A stretch of 64,000 nucleotides of DNA, taken from assembly GCF_018350175.1 (NCBI RefSeq), contig NC_058368.1:175586001-175650000 (forward strand), read 5' to 3'. Positions within the stretch are counted from its first letter, which is position 1. Each line of letters opens with the position of its first letter. Shown here one piece after another: positions 10,691 through 23,450 of this stretch. The notes beneath the pieces are model-generated. The model was not told where the DNA came from. It worked only from the letters and a program-made list of their open reading frames with translations, and ran no database searches. Source of the DNA: Felis catus. Taxonomy: Eukaryota. The position numbers and the translations under genes are program-made.

Positions 10691-12556
10691 ACGTATCAGC
10701 TCCCTCTTTCCTTAGCAGGAAATAGTCCTGGGCAGTGGCTAGGTTCAAATCCACTGCCCTCTGTTTTCTATTCTCAGAACGTCTGAAGCCTGGGTGATCA
10801 TCCCAATAAGCACGGTTGGTCACATCTCTACCTAAGACCCTTCACGGCATCCCCGTTCATCCAGGAGAAATCTACGGGCCTCATGACTTGCTCCTTACTC
10901 CTCCAGCCTCCCCCCTCCCCGCCCTCCATAACATTTCCCTGTGAGTTCCGGGAATATACAGGTGCTACCATGCACCTGCACCGTGTTCTTACCTATTTCC
11001 GGCCTTTGCTCCCATGCCTCCTTTGGCCTGCTCACCCTTCCCCTCTTCTCTGCTCAGCCAATTGTGCCAAGGTTCAATTGTCACTTCCTCCAGAAGCTTT
11101 CCCATCTCAAGGTGCTGATCCTCCCGTAGCTGAGAACACCCCCTGTTTACTGCTGGAGCCGCCCTGATCAGATTCCATTGTAATGGCCTGTTTGTGTGTC
11201 TGGCTCTCCCACCGGACGGATGGAGAATTCCCTGAGTGTTTGTGTCCTCCGAGCTGGCACAGAGCTGAGCTAGGGCTTTTCCCATGCATTACCTCATTTC
11301 TTAGCTACACTATTATCATCAGCATTTTTATTATTGGTGTGACTTCTCCTTTTTGTAACAGCGTGCTCCTGGGGCAACACTGTCCCCCCCAGTTCCATAG
11401 ATGTACTTCGGAAAAAAGCAAACAAACGGTATTTCAGAATTGAAAAGCAAAATAAAGAAATAGGCCCAAGGTGTATATACAACTTCCTCTGGTAGTGGCT
11501 TAAGCGAGAGGACAATTAGTCCCCAGGTAGTGTTTACAACGAAAACAAGTCCCAGAGGACATGTAGGGACCCTGAGGAGTAGGACACTGCACGGGAACCT
11601 CAGGGAGTTTCAGTGGAAACCAGCTTCTAGGAGGTAAAGCAGCTCAGCTTTAGTCCCTACCTCCTTGATTTCAGACCCCCTTGCCCAAACTGCTTGCAGC
11701 CTGGGGGGCCACTCCCGTGGCATACCCCTGGGGGTGGGGGTGCCCCATGCCTCCGTCCTGGGGTAGTGTCTCAGCCTACGGAGCAAGGACTGTAGAGAAG
11801 TCCGACAGCGTCCCAGGGCAGGCGGTCCCACGGGAAAGCTCAGATTTCCCTCCATAAGCTCCCACCGTCCCATCCCTGCCCGGCCCCGAGGACTCTTGGC
11901 TGCAGATTTGGGAGGTGGGGGTGAGGATAAATGCTACTGGATCCCCCACCCTCGGCATTGCAGGCTTTGGTCCCCGGCGGGTGTTGGGGGGGGCAGGCCT
12001 GGGTGGGGGGAACGTGCAAAACGCCAACTGGGACAAGTCCGGTGATACAAATAGGCGAACCTGGTCAGGGGTAAGGAGGTAAGGAATGGTGGGGAATGAA
12101 AACACTTAGACCACTCAGCTCCTACCCATATTCGCCATGAGGGGATGTTGGGTCTGTGGCAAGAGCCTGTCATGTTTCTTCAGAGGCACCTAGAAGTTGA
12201 AATTTTAACGTGACGTTTCCCCATATTAGATATTGGACATGAGTTTACAAAAACTTGAAAGGTCTCTTACCAAGTAAAGCATAGGAGCACAGGTGTCCAG
12301 CTAGTGGCCTCTCTTCTGCTGATGTGTCGTGTTCCAAATTATAATCCATATCTGAATGTTTGCCACCGCGGAACGTCACAGAACCAATCTTTCATGCCTC
12401 CCCAGTTCTGGGTCGTTGATAAATTCATAGGTGGAATGAGGCGATGGAAAGATTTGGAGAGTCCAAAGAAAGTGCGTTTGAATCTCAGAGCCGCTGTTTC
12501 CTAGGTATGTGCTGTTCCCTGAGCTTCACTTTTCACATCTGTAAAATGGGGACAAT

Positions 12557-13300
12557 TGTGACAGACGCTGTTGGTTACCAGCAAGTAGCCATCCCCTAAC
12601 CCACCCCCAGCCCCGGTGTGTTCTTGCAAGTAGAGAATAATTTTGTTCAGGCACTGGAGGAGGAGCCCAGTGAACTCAGGGAGGCGAGCTGTGTTAGCTT
12701 AAGTCTTTGTCAGACTCTATCCCACTTTGCCCAGGATTTGCCTGGGGACACGCATGAGACCCAGGTTTGGGCAATGAATTCAGAAGGGAAGTCTGCTGAG
12801 GACGTTCCTGAGATATGTTTTCCTCCCTGCTGAAAGAGAAAGTGCTAAGGAGCAAAGACCCCCTTTCTGCCCTCACCTTGTCCTTTCGGTTTGGGACACT
12901 GCAAGGTGAGTATGATGTGAGGTGCTTACAGCCATGGCAGCCATTTTAGGACCACGAGGGAAAGGCAAGAGAATCCCAGAAATGCTGCTCCACAGTCCTG
13001 GCCATATGGAGTCTGCTTCCAGACATCTCATTAAGAAATAGTAAATGTCCTTATGGTTTAAGCTATTCTTTCTCAAACTTGAGTATGCATCAGAATCACC
13101 TGAAGGGCATATGAAAACACAGATTGCCGGCCCTACTCCCCGAGTTTCTGATTCAGTAGGTCTAGAACAGGCCCAAGAATGGGCGTTTCTGACAAGTTCC
13201 TGTGATAGTGGTGATGCTGGCGAACCACATTTTGAGAACCACTCTTTAAGCCACTATTAGCTGCCCATCCTAGTACTTGCTGATGAAAACCCCCAACGCA
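12557..13300 (+). mobile_element. MLT1J/K-type LTR interrupted by MER5A
   Basis: GAGACCCAGGTTTGGGCAATGA, AAGGGAAGTCTGCTG, GGCAGCCATTTT, TTTAAGCCACT..TACTTGC. Confidence 0.7.
13064..13243. mobile_element. MER5A (hAT-Charlie MITE)
   Basis: TTCTCAAACTTGAGTATGCATCAGAATCACCTG...TTTGAGAACCACT; ~8-bp TSD gtttaagc / ctttaagc. Confidence 0.9.
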
Positions 13301-13538
13301 TCGAATGACACTTGAGAGAGGCATTTGGCCATTCATGGAGATACCATATGTATCCAGCTGGTAGGCCTTAGTTTCTCTCGTTCTCTTTCCTTTTTATCTC
13401 CAGGCGTTCTCCTACCGCTCCAACCTGACACAGGCCCAGCTTGAACTGAGAGTCTGCAATATGCCAAGGATGTAATTTCTCGAAATAACGTCCATTATGC
13501 TAACAGCAAAGACAATGACATTTCCACTACATAACTTC

Positions 13539-13748
13539 TTTTTTTTTTCTTTTAAGTTTATGTATTTATTTTGGGAGACAGAGAGACAGCATGCGTGAGG
13601 GAGGGGCGGAGGCTGAGAGAGACTCCCAAGCAGGCTCCGTGCTGTCAGTGCAGAGCCGAAGGTGGGAGGTGAACTCACCAACCGTGAGATCATGACCTGA
13701 GCCAAAATCGAGAGTATGACTCAACCTACTGAGCCAAGCAGGCACTCT
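13539..13748 (-). mobile_element. older, diverged CAN-SINE
   Basis: PolyT, GAGAGACAG body, GTGCTGTCAGTGCAGAGCC, GAGATCATGACCTGAGCC; many substitutions. Confidence 0.9.
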
Positions 13749-14361
13749 TCCACTAATGGAAGTTTGAATGGAAACCCTCACCTCCAGCGTGTTTGACAAA
13801 CCTCCACGAAAAGCGCGTGACGGGACGGGCTTCTACCTTCAGGATAAAACGTCAGTTTGAACCAAATACAATCTGTTGGGACATAGCTCTGATTTTGCCG
13901 TGTAAGGACTTGTGATCACGAATTTCCAGAAGCCTCCCACGTGGTGACCTTGGCTCTCTCTCATTTACTAGATTCCCATGCTTCACGCTCAGAAACCAGT
14001 GCAAACTATTTACCGTTATCTCCCAGCTGAGACAATCTCCGCAGAGCACCCTTCCCCAGACCTGCCTGCCGTCCCCCTGGAACCATGCTTTTGCTCCTCT
14101 TTTTCCCTTTTCACAGACATCTCCATTCCTGCTTCCTATGTGCCCTTTTCTTATTCTCTAAGCCCCCCCCCCCCCCACGTTTGCCTTTTTCACACTGTGC
14201 TGGCCTTTTCTGCCCAGTTGGAAGGGACTCAGGGGAGGCAGTGTGAATCAGTAGGAACAGTCTGGAAAAACCACCCTTAGAAAGCACCCCGCCCTGCTCC
14301 CAGTCTAGCTCTGGCCCTCTCTGGGTGGAGTCAGCAGGTCAAGGGGCCTTCCGTAGGAGCC

Positions 14362-14500
14362 AGTCTGTAAAACTTGAATGCCTGTATCCATCACCTGGGG
14401 ATCTTGCTAAAGTGCCGCTTCTGTCTGGAGGGAGGAAGCGCTGACATTCTGCAGGTACCATAGATGTTGCCGGTCCCCAGACGACACTTGGCCTAGCAGA
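14362..14500. mobile_element. MER5A1-like fragment
   Basis: AAACTTGAATGC..ATCACCTGGGGATCTTGCTAAAGTGC. Confidence 0.55.
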
Positions 14501-14511
14501 ATTCCACATCC

Positions 14512-14720
14512 TAACTGCCAAATAAGGCAGCCGCTAGTTGGTAAGTGGTTGCTGAGCTCCTGAAATGCGGCTAGAGCCAGCTGAGCTGTGCTGGCAAAGC
14601 GGAACAGCACAACAATGGCAAATTTCTCATAAATACCTTTTTGTAATTGATCGCAAAATTTAAATTCCGCATGCGGCTCGCATCTGTGACTCATGTTGCA
14701 TTTCTACCAGAGATCACTGT
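14512..14720 (-). mobile_element. MER33/MER3-like hAT MITE, internally deleted
   Basis: CTGAAATGCGGCTAG..CTGAGCTGTGCTG and AAAATTTAAATT..GCGGCTCGCAT; flanked by TTCTAGA. Confidence 0.65.
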
Positions 14721-15039
14721 TCTAGATCATGCTCCGTACTTGGGGACCAGGGATGTGGTGCTCAAAAGGCTAAGAGCCCATTTCTGGAGACTGCATAGAC
14801 TCCTTCCCCAGGTCTGTCCTCCCAAAGGCTGAGCAAGCTGCCCTTATGCAAACCCTGAAGGCCAGGGCAGGCCGAAGTGCAGGTGTTGGTGGGGAGACGG
14901 AGCGGATGATGGGGTTAGGACACCAGGCTGGAGAACCCTCAGGCGTTCGCCTAGACAAGGCCCATCTCAGTACAGGACAGAGAACAAGGCTGGGGTTAGG
15001 GGCCGCTTGGAACCAGTCTTCCTATGTCACCAGAGTTAG

Positions 15040-15225
15040 TCACAAAATCTGGAGGCGTCTGCGATCCCTAATTTCATCTTGGCCTTCCAGATTGTTAGGC
15101 ACATATATTTGTCAAGGTATGTGGATAGAACATATTTTATTTAACAGTTTGTTAGCTTGATTTATAACTTCTAATATTTAGACATACGATATGTGGGCCC
15201 CTATTTGGGCTCTGGCCCTGGGCAA
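15040..15225. mobile_element. old non-autonomous DNA transposon fragment (possibly hAT-Tip100, MamRep/MamTip-like)
   Basis: Core ATTTTATTTAACAGTTTGTTAGCTTGATTTATAACTT shared with 59888-59940; family name uncertain. Confidence 0.5.
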
Positions 15226-15536
15226 GTGAGATAATTACCATACAGCTTTGTGAGGGACCATTAGTTCAGTGGGGAGAAGTTAAACCCATTTATTTTTCCA
15301 TGGCAGAAAGGCAGGAAGCATATTCCGGGCATCCAGCTGTTGGGTCAGGGACGCTGGTGAGCAACACAGCCAACCAGCTTTGCCTCTCTCCACCGGCTCA
15401 CATTTGCAAACATTGAGCATCGGTGGCTTCCTTAGGGTAAGCGGAAGATTGATTAAATGCTGTGAGGGCCCAGGCTGGGCCCTCCTTCTTTTGAGATGCC
15501 CGCCAACAGCATCACACATAAGACGCAGGAACACTT

Positions 15537-15663
15537 GGGATGCCTGGGTGGCTCAGTCGGTTAAGCATCTGACTTTGGCTCAGGTCATGATCTCGCAGTT
15601 CATAAGTTCGAGCCCCACGTCGGGCTCGCGGCTGTCGGCTCAGAGCCTGGAGCCTGCTTCGGA

Positions 15664-15702
<39 letters not shown>

Positions 15703-15738
15703 TCAAAATTAAATACATAAGCATTAAAAAAAAAAAAA
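15537..15738 (+). mobile_element. CAN-SINE with CT-rich body replaced by (TG)17
   Basis: tRNA-like head GGGATGCCTGGGTGGCTCAGTCGG, polyA tail, degenerate TSD aagacgcaggaacactt / aagacaggaatgctt. Confidence 0.95.
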
Positions 15739-16979
15739 GACAGGAATGCTTGGATTTGAATGCAGGTGATCCCCTCTAGGTCTAAGTTTCCCCATCACTA
15801 TAATGGGCTTGATGATAATAATCAAGAGGAGGGCTCATAAGAAGATGAATCGAGATACTATTTATAAAGGACCTAAAACCATGCCTGGCTCAGCCTAAGT
15901 GTTCTACAAACGCCTGTTCTTACCGATGCCATTTACAGCTGGGACATCAAAAGTGCAGAGAAGTGAGGTAGTCTTGCTTGAGGACAACACCTAGTTCAGC
16001 GACAGAGCTGAGGTCCAAACCCAGCTTGTCTTCAATCCAAAGCCCGTGCTCTTTCCTGCTATCACGTGCCTCTCACACGTGAGTATTTCTCAACCACAGA
16101 GATAAATTTGTCTCCTCTTTCATGTGGGGTGCGTTCCCCGAGCTGGAGAGAGAAGGCTAAAAATACCACCGGGCGTAAATCTGATCCAGTAAGAAGGGGT
16201 GAGCTGTGGTTGGGTCGGGTCTGGAAGGAAAGCCCCCTCTCCCTGCTCCCCTGCGATGTTTCAAAGGACTTTGGTCTGAAAACGCACCCAAGCCTGTGAT
16301 GAGCTTCTGAAACCAGCGCTGGGGTGACAGAGCAGGAGGCCTGGCCAAGGCCCTGCGTCCTCTTCCGTCGCTTCTCCCGTCCCCTCTTTCGGGCTCTCTC
16401 CCTGTGCTGGACATGTTCCTTATCCAGCCAAGCCAGTGCCCTCTTCAGGAGCCCATGCACACACCCGGAGGCAGATCTGCCCCCGACTGGCTTGCTCAAA
16501 GGTCCCCGTCAAAGCGGCCCCCGCCACCTCCCCGCACTGACCCACTCACTCTCTAGCACCGTGCCCCTTCGTGGTCTGTACAGCACTCAGCTCAAGCCGC
16601 CCATTTCTGTGTTAATCTGCCCCTCTAGCACGTGAGCCCAAAGATAGCAGGCACGGCGTCATTTTCGCCCACTGCTGTCTCGGGAGCCTGCAATATGTCT
16701 GATGCCTCTTCATCTTCAGAAATATTTTTTGAATAAATAGATGTATGCATGTAGGAATGAAAGAACAGAGGAAGGAAACCTCCGTTCTGGCCCCCACTCT
16801 GCGCCTTGTTTGCTGTGTGACCTTAGGACAGCCGCTTTGCCTCTCTGGCTCTCATTCTTCTCAATTATAGAATGAGGGGGTTGCACTACATTAGAAAGTC
16901 TTAAGGCTTACTTTGTGGGTTGCACAGAAAGGTTCAAGCAGGAAAGTCACGTGCTCATATTGCATTAAAAACGGAAAGG

Positions 16980-17193
16980 GGGGCGCCTGGGTGGCTCAGT
17001 CGGTTGGGCGTCCGACTTCAGCCAGGTCACGATCTCGCGGTCCGTGAGTTCGAGCCCCGCGTCGGGTTCTGGGCTGATGGCTCGGAGCCTGGAGCCTGCT
17101 TCCGATTCTGTGTCTCCCTCTCTCTCTGCCCCTCCCCGTTCATGCTCTGTCTCTCTCTGTCTCAAAAATAAATAAACGTTAAAAAAAAAAAAC
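16980..17193 (+). mobile_element. young CAN-SINE (SINEC_Fc)
   Basis: Full length; TSD aaaaacggaaagg at 16967-16979 and 17194-17206. Confidence 0.98.
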
Positions 17194-18046
17194 AAAAACG
17201 GAAAGGAAACTACTCTGGGATCCGGTAGAAAGTGGATTAAAGGTGCCCATTCCAGAGTCCAGGGAGTAGCCAGGGGGCTGGGACAAATGTACAAGCCAGA
17301 AAGAAATGAGTCACCCAGGTTTATCAGAAGATAGAAGATAAAACTCCCCAACTGTCTTAGGTGACACACTCCCCAGGAACCCAAGCCCACTATAGAGTCG
17401 TATATGCCGTGGAGGAAGCTTCTCTCTGTCTCTCTCTCCCTCTCTCTCGGACACATAGTTATGTACACACACCTGCACCTTCCCCTTCCCCCACAACCTG
17501 CTTCATTATCATCTGGATTTGTCAGATTATGTGATTTCGGCAGATAAACAAATATGTAATATTTTGATAAATCATCATCCCAATGACTATATATAATCGA
17601 CCCCTTTCTATGGGCATCGTATAATGAGACATTAACTATTAAGTATGTACAGTAATATAATACATTACAATAATACAGTAAAGAGTAGCAAACTATGCAT
17701 AGAGACCAAATCAAGATTAGGCAGATTTAACAGATCAGGACTAGGAAGGCAGTGATAAGATAAACAAGCAAACAGGGGATTCTAGGCTTTTATCAAAGTC
17801 TAGCCACAAATTGGGCTTTGAGCTTCCTAGTGGTCAGAACAAAAAGGAAACATGACCAGCTACTTTATTTACATTAGGTAAGGAATAAGCATGCTAATAT
17901 CTCAGGAGAAAAATTTTCCTTGACACCTGACTTGGACAGAAGTATCTCACATGGGTTTTTATCGAGAGACAACTAAGCGATATTGTGTGCATGTTTCCAA
18001 TTAAAAATACAGAAACTGGTGTAGTAGAAATCATTTTACGAGAGAA

Positions 18047-18144
18047 ATTTCTTTTAAGTAAGTTCCACGCCCAACGTGGGATTTGAACGCACAACCCCGA
18101 GCTCAGAAGCCAGGTGCTCTACCCACTGAGCCAGCCAGGCGCCC
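18047..18144 (-). mobile_element. short tRNA-derived carnivore SINE (SINEC_Fc3/SINEC_old-like)
   Basis: Reverse complement GGGCGCCTGGCTGGCTCAGTGGGTAGAGCA...GTTCAAATCCCACGTTGGGCGTGGAACTTACTTAAAA; A and B boxes, no CT body. Confidence 0.85.
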
Positions 18145-19618
18145 TGAGAGACATATATTTTGATTAAGAAAAGGAGACATAAGGAGGAAGAAGGATGGGG
18201 CTGCTTATGCATCAACAACATGTGTTTGGAGTTGGGTTTATAGATTAATGAACCAAATAATCATAAGTCTAAAAATGAACTCTCCCTCTCAGTAGGAAAA
18301 TGAACAAAAAGAACTACAGTTTACTGAGTTTTTACTGTATGTCAGGAACTATGCTAAGCAGGTGACCTAAATGAGCTCGGGTCCTCCACCAGCCCTGAGA
18401 GGTAAGATTATCGTTCCACCTGCTGATGGGTTTAGCGACTTTCTGTACCTTGCTGGAGATCAGAGAGTTCTTAACACTGGTCTTTCCGACCCCAGATTCC
18501 TGCTCTGAAGCGTGAGACTCTTTCTCTGTGGGGGGAGTCCGTTAAATGCATTGAGGGTGGGAGTCATGGTCACAAGGTCAATTTTATTCCATATCAAACC
18601 AAAAAGGAGGAATCGTGCAGGAGACTCCATCCCAGGATGAACGTACCAAAGTGTCCACATCAGTTTCAGAGGGAGAAACTGATCAATCCAGCAAGGTGTA
18701 CCAGGATGCACCAGACTGTGATAACATGATGGCATTTTATCCGGAAAAAAATAAAGTGCCCATTATCATCAGGCAGAAAATATGTTGCCCTCACATTGCT
18801 GGGAGGGAGCACAGGGCAAGCCCCGGGCACCCAGGCTGTGTGGCAGGACCCTACTCTCCTTGATGTTGTTCAAGGAGAGTATATTGCATCATCATGATGT
18901 CCTCACTAGAGGACAAAGTCTTAAAGTTACAAATTCCGTTGTTTGGAGAAAGCATCCACAGAGGGGTCCGTGTCTGCACTAACACTCAAGTGCAAGTGTG
19001 GCTTCCGGAGTCGGGAAGAACGGAGTTCAATTGTTTGGCTGTGCCTAATAGAGAGGGCAATTGTCTCACCCTCTCTAATGATAATAGCTCTGACCTCATA
19101 AGATTATTGTGAGGGTGAAGAAGTGAGACGCTGCTGGTTGAGGGTTTTGTCCTGTGTCCGGCACACAGCAAGTGCTTAAGAGATGAGAGTTTTAATTACT
19201 CACTAGCTTGGATTACAGCCCATCTCTGAGCCAGTCACGCTGGCCAGGGGGTATGTTGTACTCCACTTGGCCGGACCTGGGTCAGAGTTCCGTTCTGAGA
19301 GTTGATACTGACCGCTACGTGGGCTGGGGGTTGTGGGAAGGCAAGGGCGATAGCGTGGGAAGCAGTGATTAGGAGACCACCGCAGGTATCTATCTAATTA
19401 AGAGATGATGGTGGTTGACCAAGGGTGGCGACTGTGACACTAGAGAGCTGACATTCAGGCATTGTGCTTCTGGTAAGCCGTGAGCCATGAGGACTGAGGG
19501 CTCTCAGCTCTACTAGGAGCTCTGCTGCTTCTTCTTCACGTGGGATAGGGACGGAAAACCCCAGAGGAGCAAAGGTGAAGTAACATACGACACGGGTTCA
19601 CGCAGAAACCAAATAACA

Positions 19619-19850
19619 GGGGCGCCTGGGTGGCTCAGTCGGTTGGGCGTCCGACTTCGGCTCAGGTCACAATCTCGCGGTCCGTGAGTTCGAGCCCCGC
19701 GTCGGGCTCTGGGCTGATGGCTCGGAGCCTGGAGCCTGCTTCCGATTCTGTGTCTCCCTCTCTCTCTCTGCCCCTCCCCGTTCATGCTCTGTCTCTCTCT
19801 CTGTCTCAAAAATAAATAGACGTTAAAAAAAAAATTAAAAAAAAAAAAAA
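19619..19850 (+). mobile_element. young CAN-SINE (SINEC_Fc)
   Basis: Full length; TSD agaaaccaaataaca at 19604-19618 and 19851-19865. Confidence 0.98.
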
Positions 19851-22730
19851 AGAAACCAAATAACAGGCTATCCTTCCCACACCAGATCGTGCCACCAAAT
19901 AACCCCCTTCGTGGATCTTGGATTTCTAAGAAAATGCATGCCGTAGAGGAAGGGTGTATAGTTAAGCCAGAAGCGGGCTCAAGAGCCCAGTGCCAGTCAT
20001 GCTAACCGCAGGCGACAGGCAGCCCTTTATGCACGGGGTATTGGTACTGTCTTCCCCAAGCCTCTACTGCTCCTCCTTTATGACAAGCAGGTCCTTGGGT
20101 TTCAAAACAGGAAGTTGCCTGACTTGGGTTGCTGTTCTTCTTGGCAGCTTCCCTTCCGGGCAGCCCCTCCTTCAGACAAATGGAGGCAGCCATTCTGTAA
20201 AAAGTGAGACACATCCTTTATGGAGCGCTGGGGCCGGAGACAGAATGTGCCATGGCACTGATTAGGGCACCCTGGGAAGGGATAGCATGAGCTTCAGCAT
20301 GGCCCATCACCTCTGCACAAGGCACACTTGGGATTGATAAAGCAAGCATCACACAAGAGGGGAAAGGACATGACAGGCACTGAGAGCCAGCCATGAACCC
20401 AGCATTGGGTTAAGACATTTTATCTCGGAGATGCCTCTCAACAACCCTAATAGGTGGGCATCGTGTCTCTCACTTGACAAGCTCCGGGTTAATATGTGGC
20501 ACAGCCAGGACTCACATCTCTATTGGACTCCGAAAGCCCGTACTTTCTTATCCATCACCTGGTTGTTTTCACCTCTGGAGCGTCCCCATGACTCCAGCTG
20601 GTATTTTCCCCCACTGATTTTTTTTCCCCACTGATTTGCAGTCAGAGACCATCAGCATCTATTGCCGGGAGATAAAAACAGCCTCGGAGCTGTGTGTACA
20701 CATACACATATATGCACGTACTTTGCGTATTGTAGAGGGTTATGCAAACGTTAGGGCTTATCGATGAGCAGCTCTACCATTTATCTTACCAATTCCTCTC
20801 TTAAATTCGGACAGTCTAATTTCCTTGAAGTCAGGAAGCGTCACTATCAGTTTCATCCTGTTCCCCCAAAAGATAGTCCCCCGTCAGTATCTCATACACG
20901 GCAGGTGCTCGCTGTATGTTGCTTAACCGGAAATGAACTGAATTATGTATTTTATCTGTGCTTCACAGTTCTTTGGAATTTAAGGGGAGCTGGTACTCCA
21001 CGAATTTTATTGCCTTGTCATTGTTAAAGAGCTTTTCAAAGGGGAACATTTTCTTTAAACTCCGAAAGGGTTAGTAAACATTAGTCTGAAAGAGTATAAG
21101 GGCATGATATTTGGGCTCCTTTCTCAGAAGGGGGTTTCATATCCAACACATACATAATTGCGTTGCATCCAACACACTTAATATGCTTTTCAATTTGGCT
21201 TTGACGAGAGCCTGACCGACACCCAAAGGCCTCTCCAGCTTGAACTCAGGCTTGTCTTGCCAGAAACCAAAGTTCCCAGCCATTAGTCAATGTCTAGTCC
21301 CTACCATGCTGAGAATAGACCACTTGCCTGTAAAGATGTTCAAGGAAACTGCCAGTGGCTTCCGGTAACAGCTAGTGTGAGTGGGAAAGACATAAATTAT
21401 TAGAGGGGTGGGGCTGAGTGGACAGAAAATGAAGGACCATTGTCAATAGTTTCATCCACAGCAGGGTGTGATTTTTAGAAAAGAATAGAATAGAATATTA
21501 AATATAACATAAAATACAAAATAAAAACTAAATGAATGCAATAAGGCCAATGTCACTTTCCAGTTCATCCTGGATTGGACTTCAGACGGTGATTCTTTGT
21601 TTTGGCCTTTTCTATGAGGCAAGATGTGATTGCAACTGAAGTACGTTGATTAACCCAAAATCACTTTCCCTCAATTTGTTGGATGCTCAAGGATACTCTG
21701 GAGACCCTGCTTTTGTTTTGAGTTAGCCATTTGGGAGCTTGGCGCTGATCCTTGGGCAACCATTCAAACTGAGTGAACCAGAAAGATGTCAGGAACTACA
21801 CAAGGACGTATAGTACAGTTTAATTAGTTTAGAGAGAGGGTGGCCCCCCCCTCCCTAAACATCACTCCAGCAAATTGTTTTTTTTTTATGGTCTTGTTAA
21901 AATAATTTCATGGTTGCAGTTTTGTTCTCATACTAACTGAGCAGGACCGCGTGGGTTATTAAAGAGGGTAGTCAGTCTGGCAAAGGTGGGTGCATTCTCT
22001 TTGCTTCTAAAAAACATAGAGGTCTAATCACCTGGCTTGTGGAATGACATATTAAAGAACCCAATCTTGAATGTCAGCGCAAGGCTGAAGCTCCTCGTAA
22101 TAATAGTCGCTAGCTAGGAAACTCGTCTGCTGACTTTAATCAGGAATTTTCCATAGTAACCGAGGCTGCCCACGGGTAGCCCGGCAGTGGAGATTTTCAT
22201 TCCATCACGCACATTTTTCTGTTCATTGCGGCAGGGAGAACATTACTTACCGGAACAGGCGAGCAGAGCTATGCTCTCTGGGAATGGAAACCTTGCTGTT
22301 CCTCCCCCTGAAGACAACTCCTCGAATTGATTGGAGAAGTGTCCAGTTTAAAGGCGGGCAAGTCCCCTCAGTTTCAGGAGATTGGTCTGTTGCATCTGAC
22401 ACTAAGCCCTCAAGTCTTTCTGGTATCACTTGGTCTCGTCATATAAATCATGCGGTCGTGACGGCAATCGGGGCAGCCCCTCCGCCTTATGTGGGAACTA
22501 GACTCTGATCGCAGACGTGTCACCTCCTTGCTGAAGAAATTTCCGTGGCTCTCCATGGCCCATGGGACAAAATTCAGATTTTTTTTGGCCTACTTTTCAA
22601 GGTGGTTCCTAACCTAGCCATAAACCATTTCTGGCTTCATTTCCCTTTCTCCACGCTGCCTGGCTACACCGAGTGGCTCTTTGGAGCATCCTTGACAAGG
22701 CTCTTCCTACGACCTTAGAATGCCCTTCAA

Positions 22731-23450
22731 CCTCACACCCATCGGGATGGCTACTATCAAAAGACCAGAAAGCTAACAAGCGTCAGGGAGGATGTGGAGA
22801 AATTGGAATCCCATACACCGTTGGCGGGAATGGGTGGGCCGCTACAGAAAATGGTACGGCGGTTCCTCAAAAGGAATTAAAAACGGAAATGGAATTACTA
22901 TATGATCCGGCAATCCCACCTCGGGGTACATACCCAAAAGAAATGGGGGCAGGGTCTCGAAAAGATGTTTGTACACCATATTCACAGCAGCATTATTTAC
23001 AACAGCGAAAACGCGGAGGTACCTCAAGTGTCCAATCAGCGGATGAAGGCATAGACAGCAGGTAGAATATACATACAGCACAGTATTGTCCAACCTTAAA
23101 AAGGACAGTCTGACACCTGTTACAACAGGGACGAAACTTGAGGATGTTATGGTAAGCGAGATAAGTCAGTCACAAAAGGACGTACACCGTACTTAGGTGA
23201 GGTACTTTGAGTCGTCAAAATCAGGGATGGAAAGGAGAATAGGGGTCGCCAGGGCCTGGCGGGGGGCAGGGAGGAATGGAGAGTTATTGCTGGATGGCTA
23301 TAGTTTCAGCGTTGTGACAAAGGGAAGAATTCTGGAGATGGACGGTGGTGATGATTGCACAATATTATGAATGTATTCATACCCCTTCACCGTATCCTTA
23401 AAACTGGTTATGATGGTAAATTTCTCTTATACGTATTGATAATAAAAAAG
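22731..23450 (+). mobile_element. L1 (L1MA/L1MB-type) 3' fragment: ORF2 end plus 3' UTR
   Basis: Translates to ELLYDPAIPPRGTYPKE, resembling the L1 ORF2 C-terminus (ELPFDPAIPLLGIYPK); typical 3' UTR (TTCTGGAGATGGACGGTGGTGATG) and A-rich end. Confidence 0.9.

Noticed and set aside
13372..13475. Strong-looking splice acceptor (long pyrimidine tract, CAG|G at 13403)
   Set aside because: No convincing downstream donor and all three frames stop within ~75 nt; unsupported without RNA data.
16965..17714. 249-aa minus-strand ORF, the longest in the track
   Set aside because: Runs through AT-rich low-complexity DNA and an antisense CAN-SINE; no recognisable domain.
17510..17990. Possible ancient L4/RTE-X LINE relic
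   Set aside because: Only one motif (GGCTTTGAGCTTCCTAGTGG..AAAAAGGAAACATGA) looks familiar; too weak to call.
18047..18144. Possible tRNA gene
   Set aside because: Has the SINE GGGCGCC leader and A-rich tail and a degenerate anticodon arm; a short CAN-SINE.
18615..18863. Protein-like ORF (ETPSQDERTKVSTS...)
   Set aside because: No ATG at the start, no polypyrimidine tract or clear donor, not recognised.
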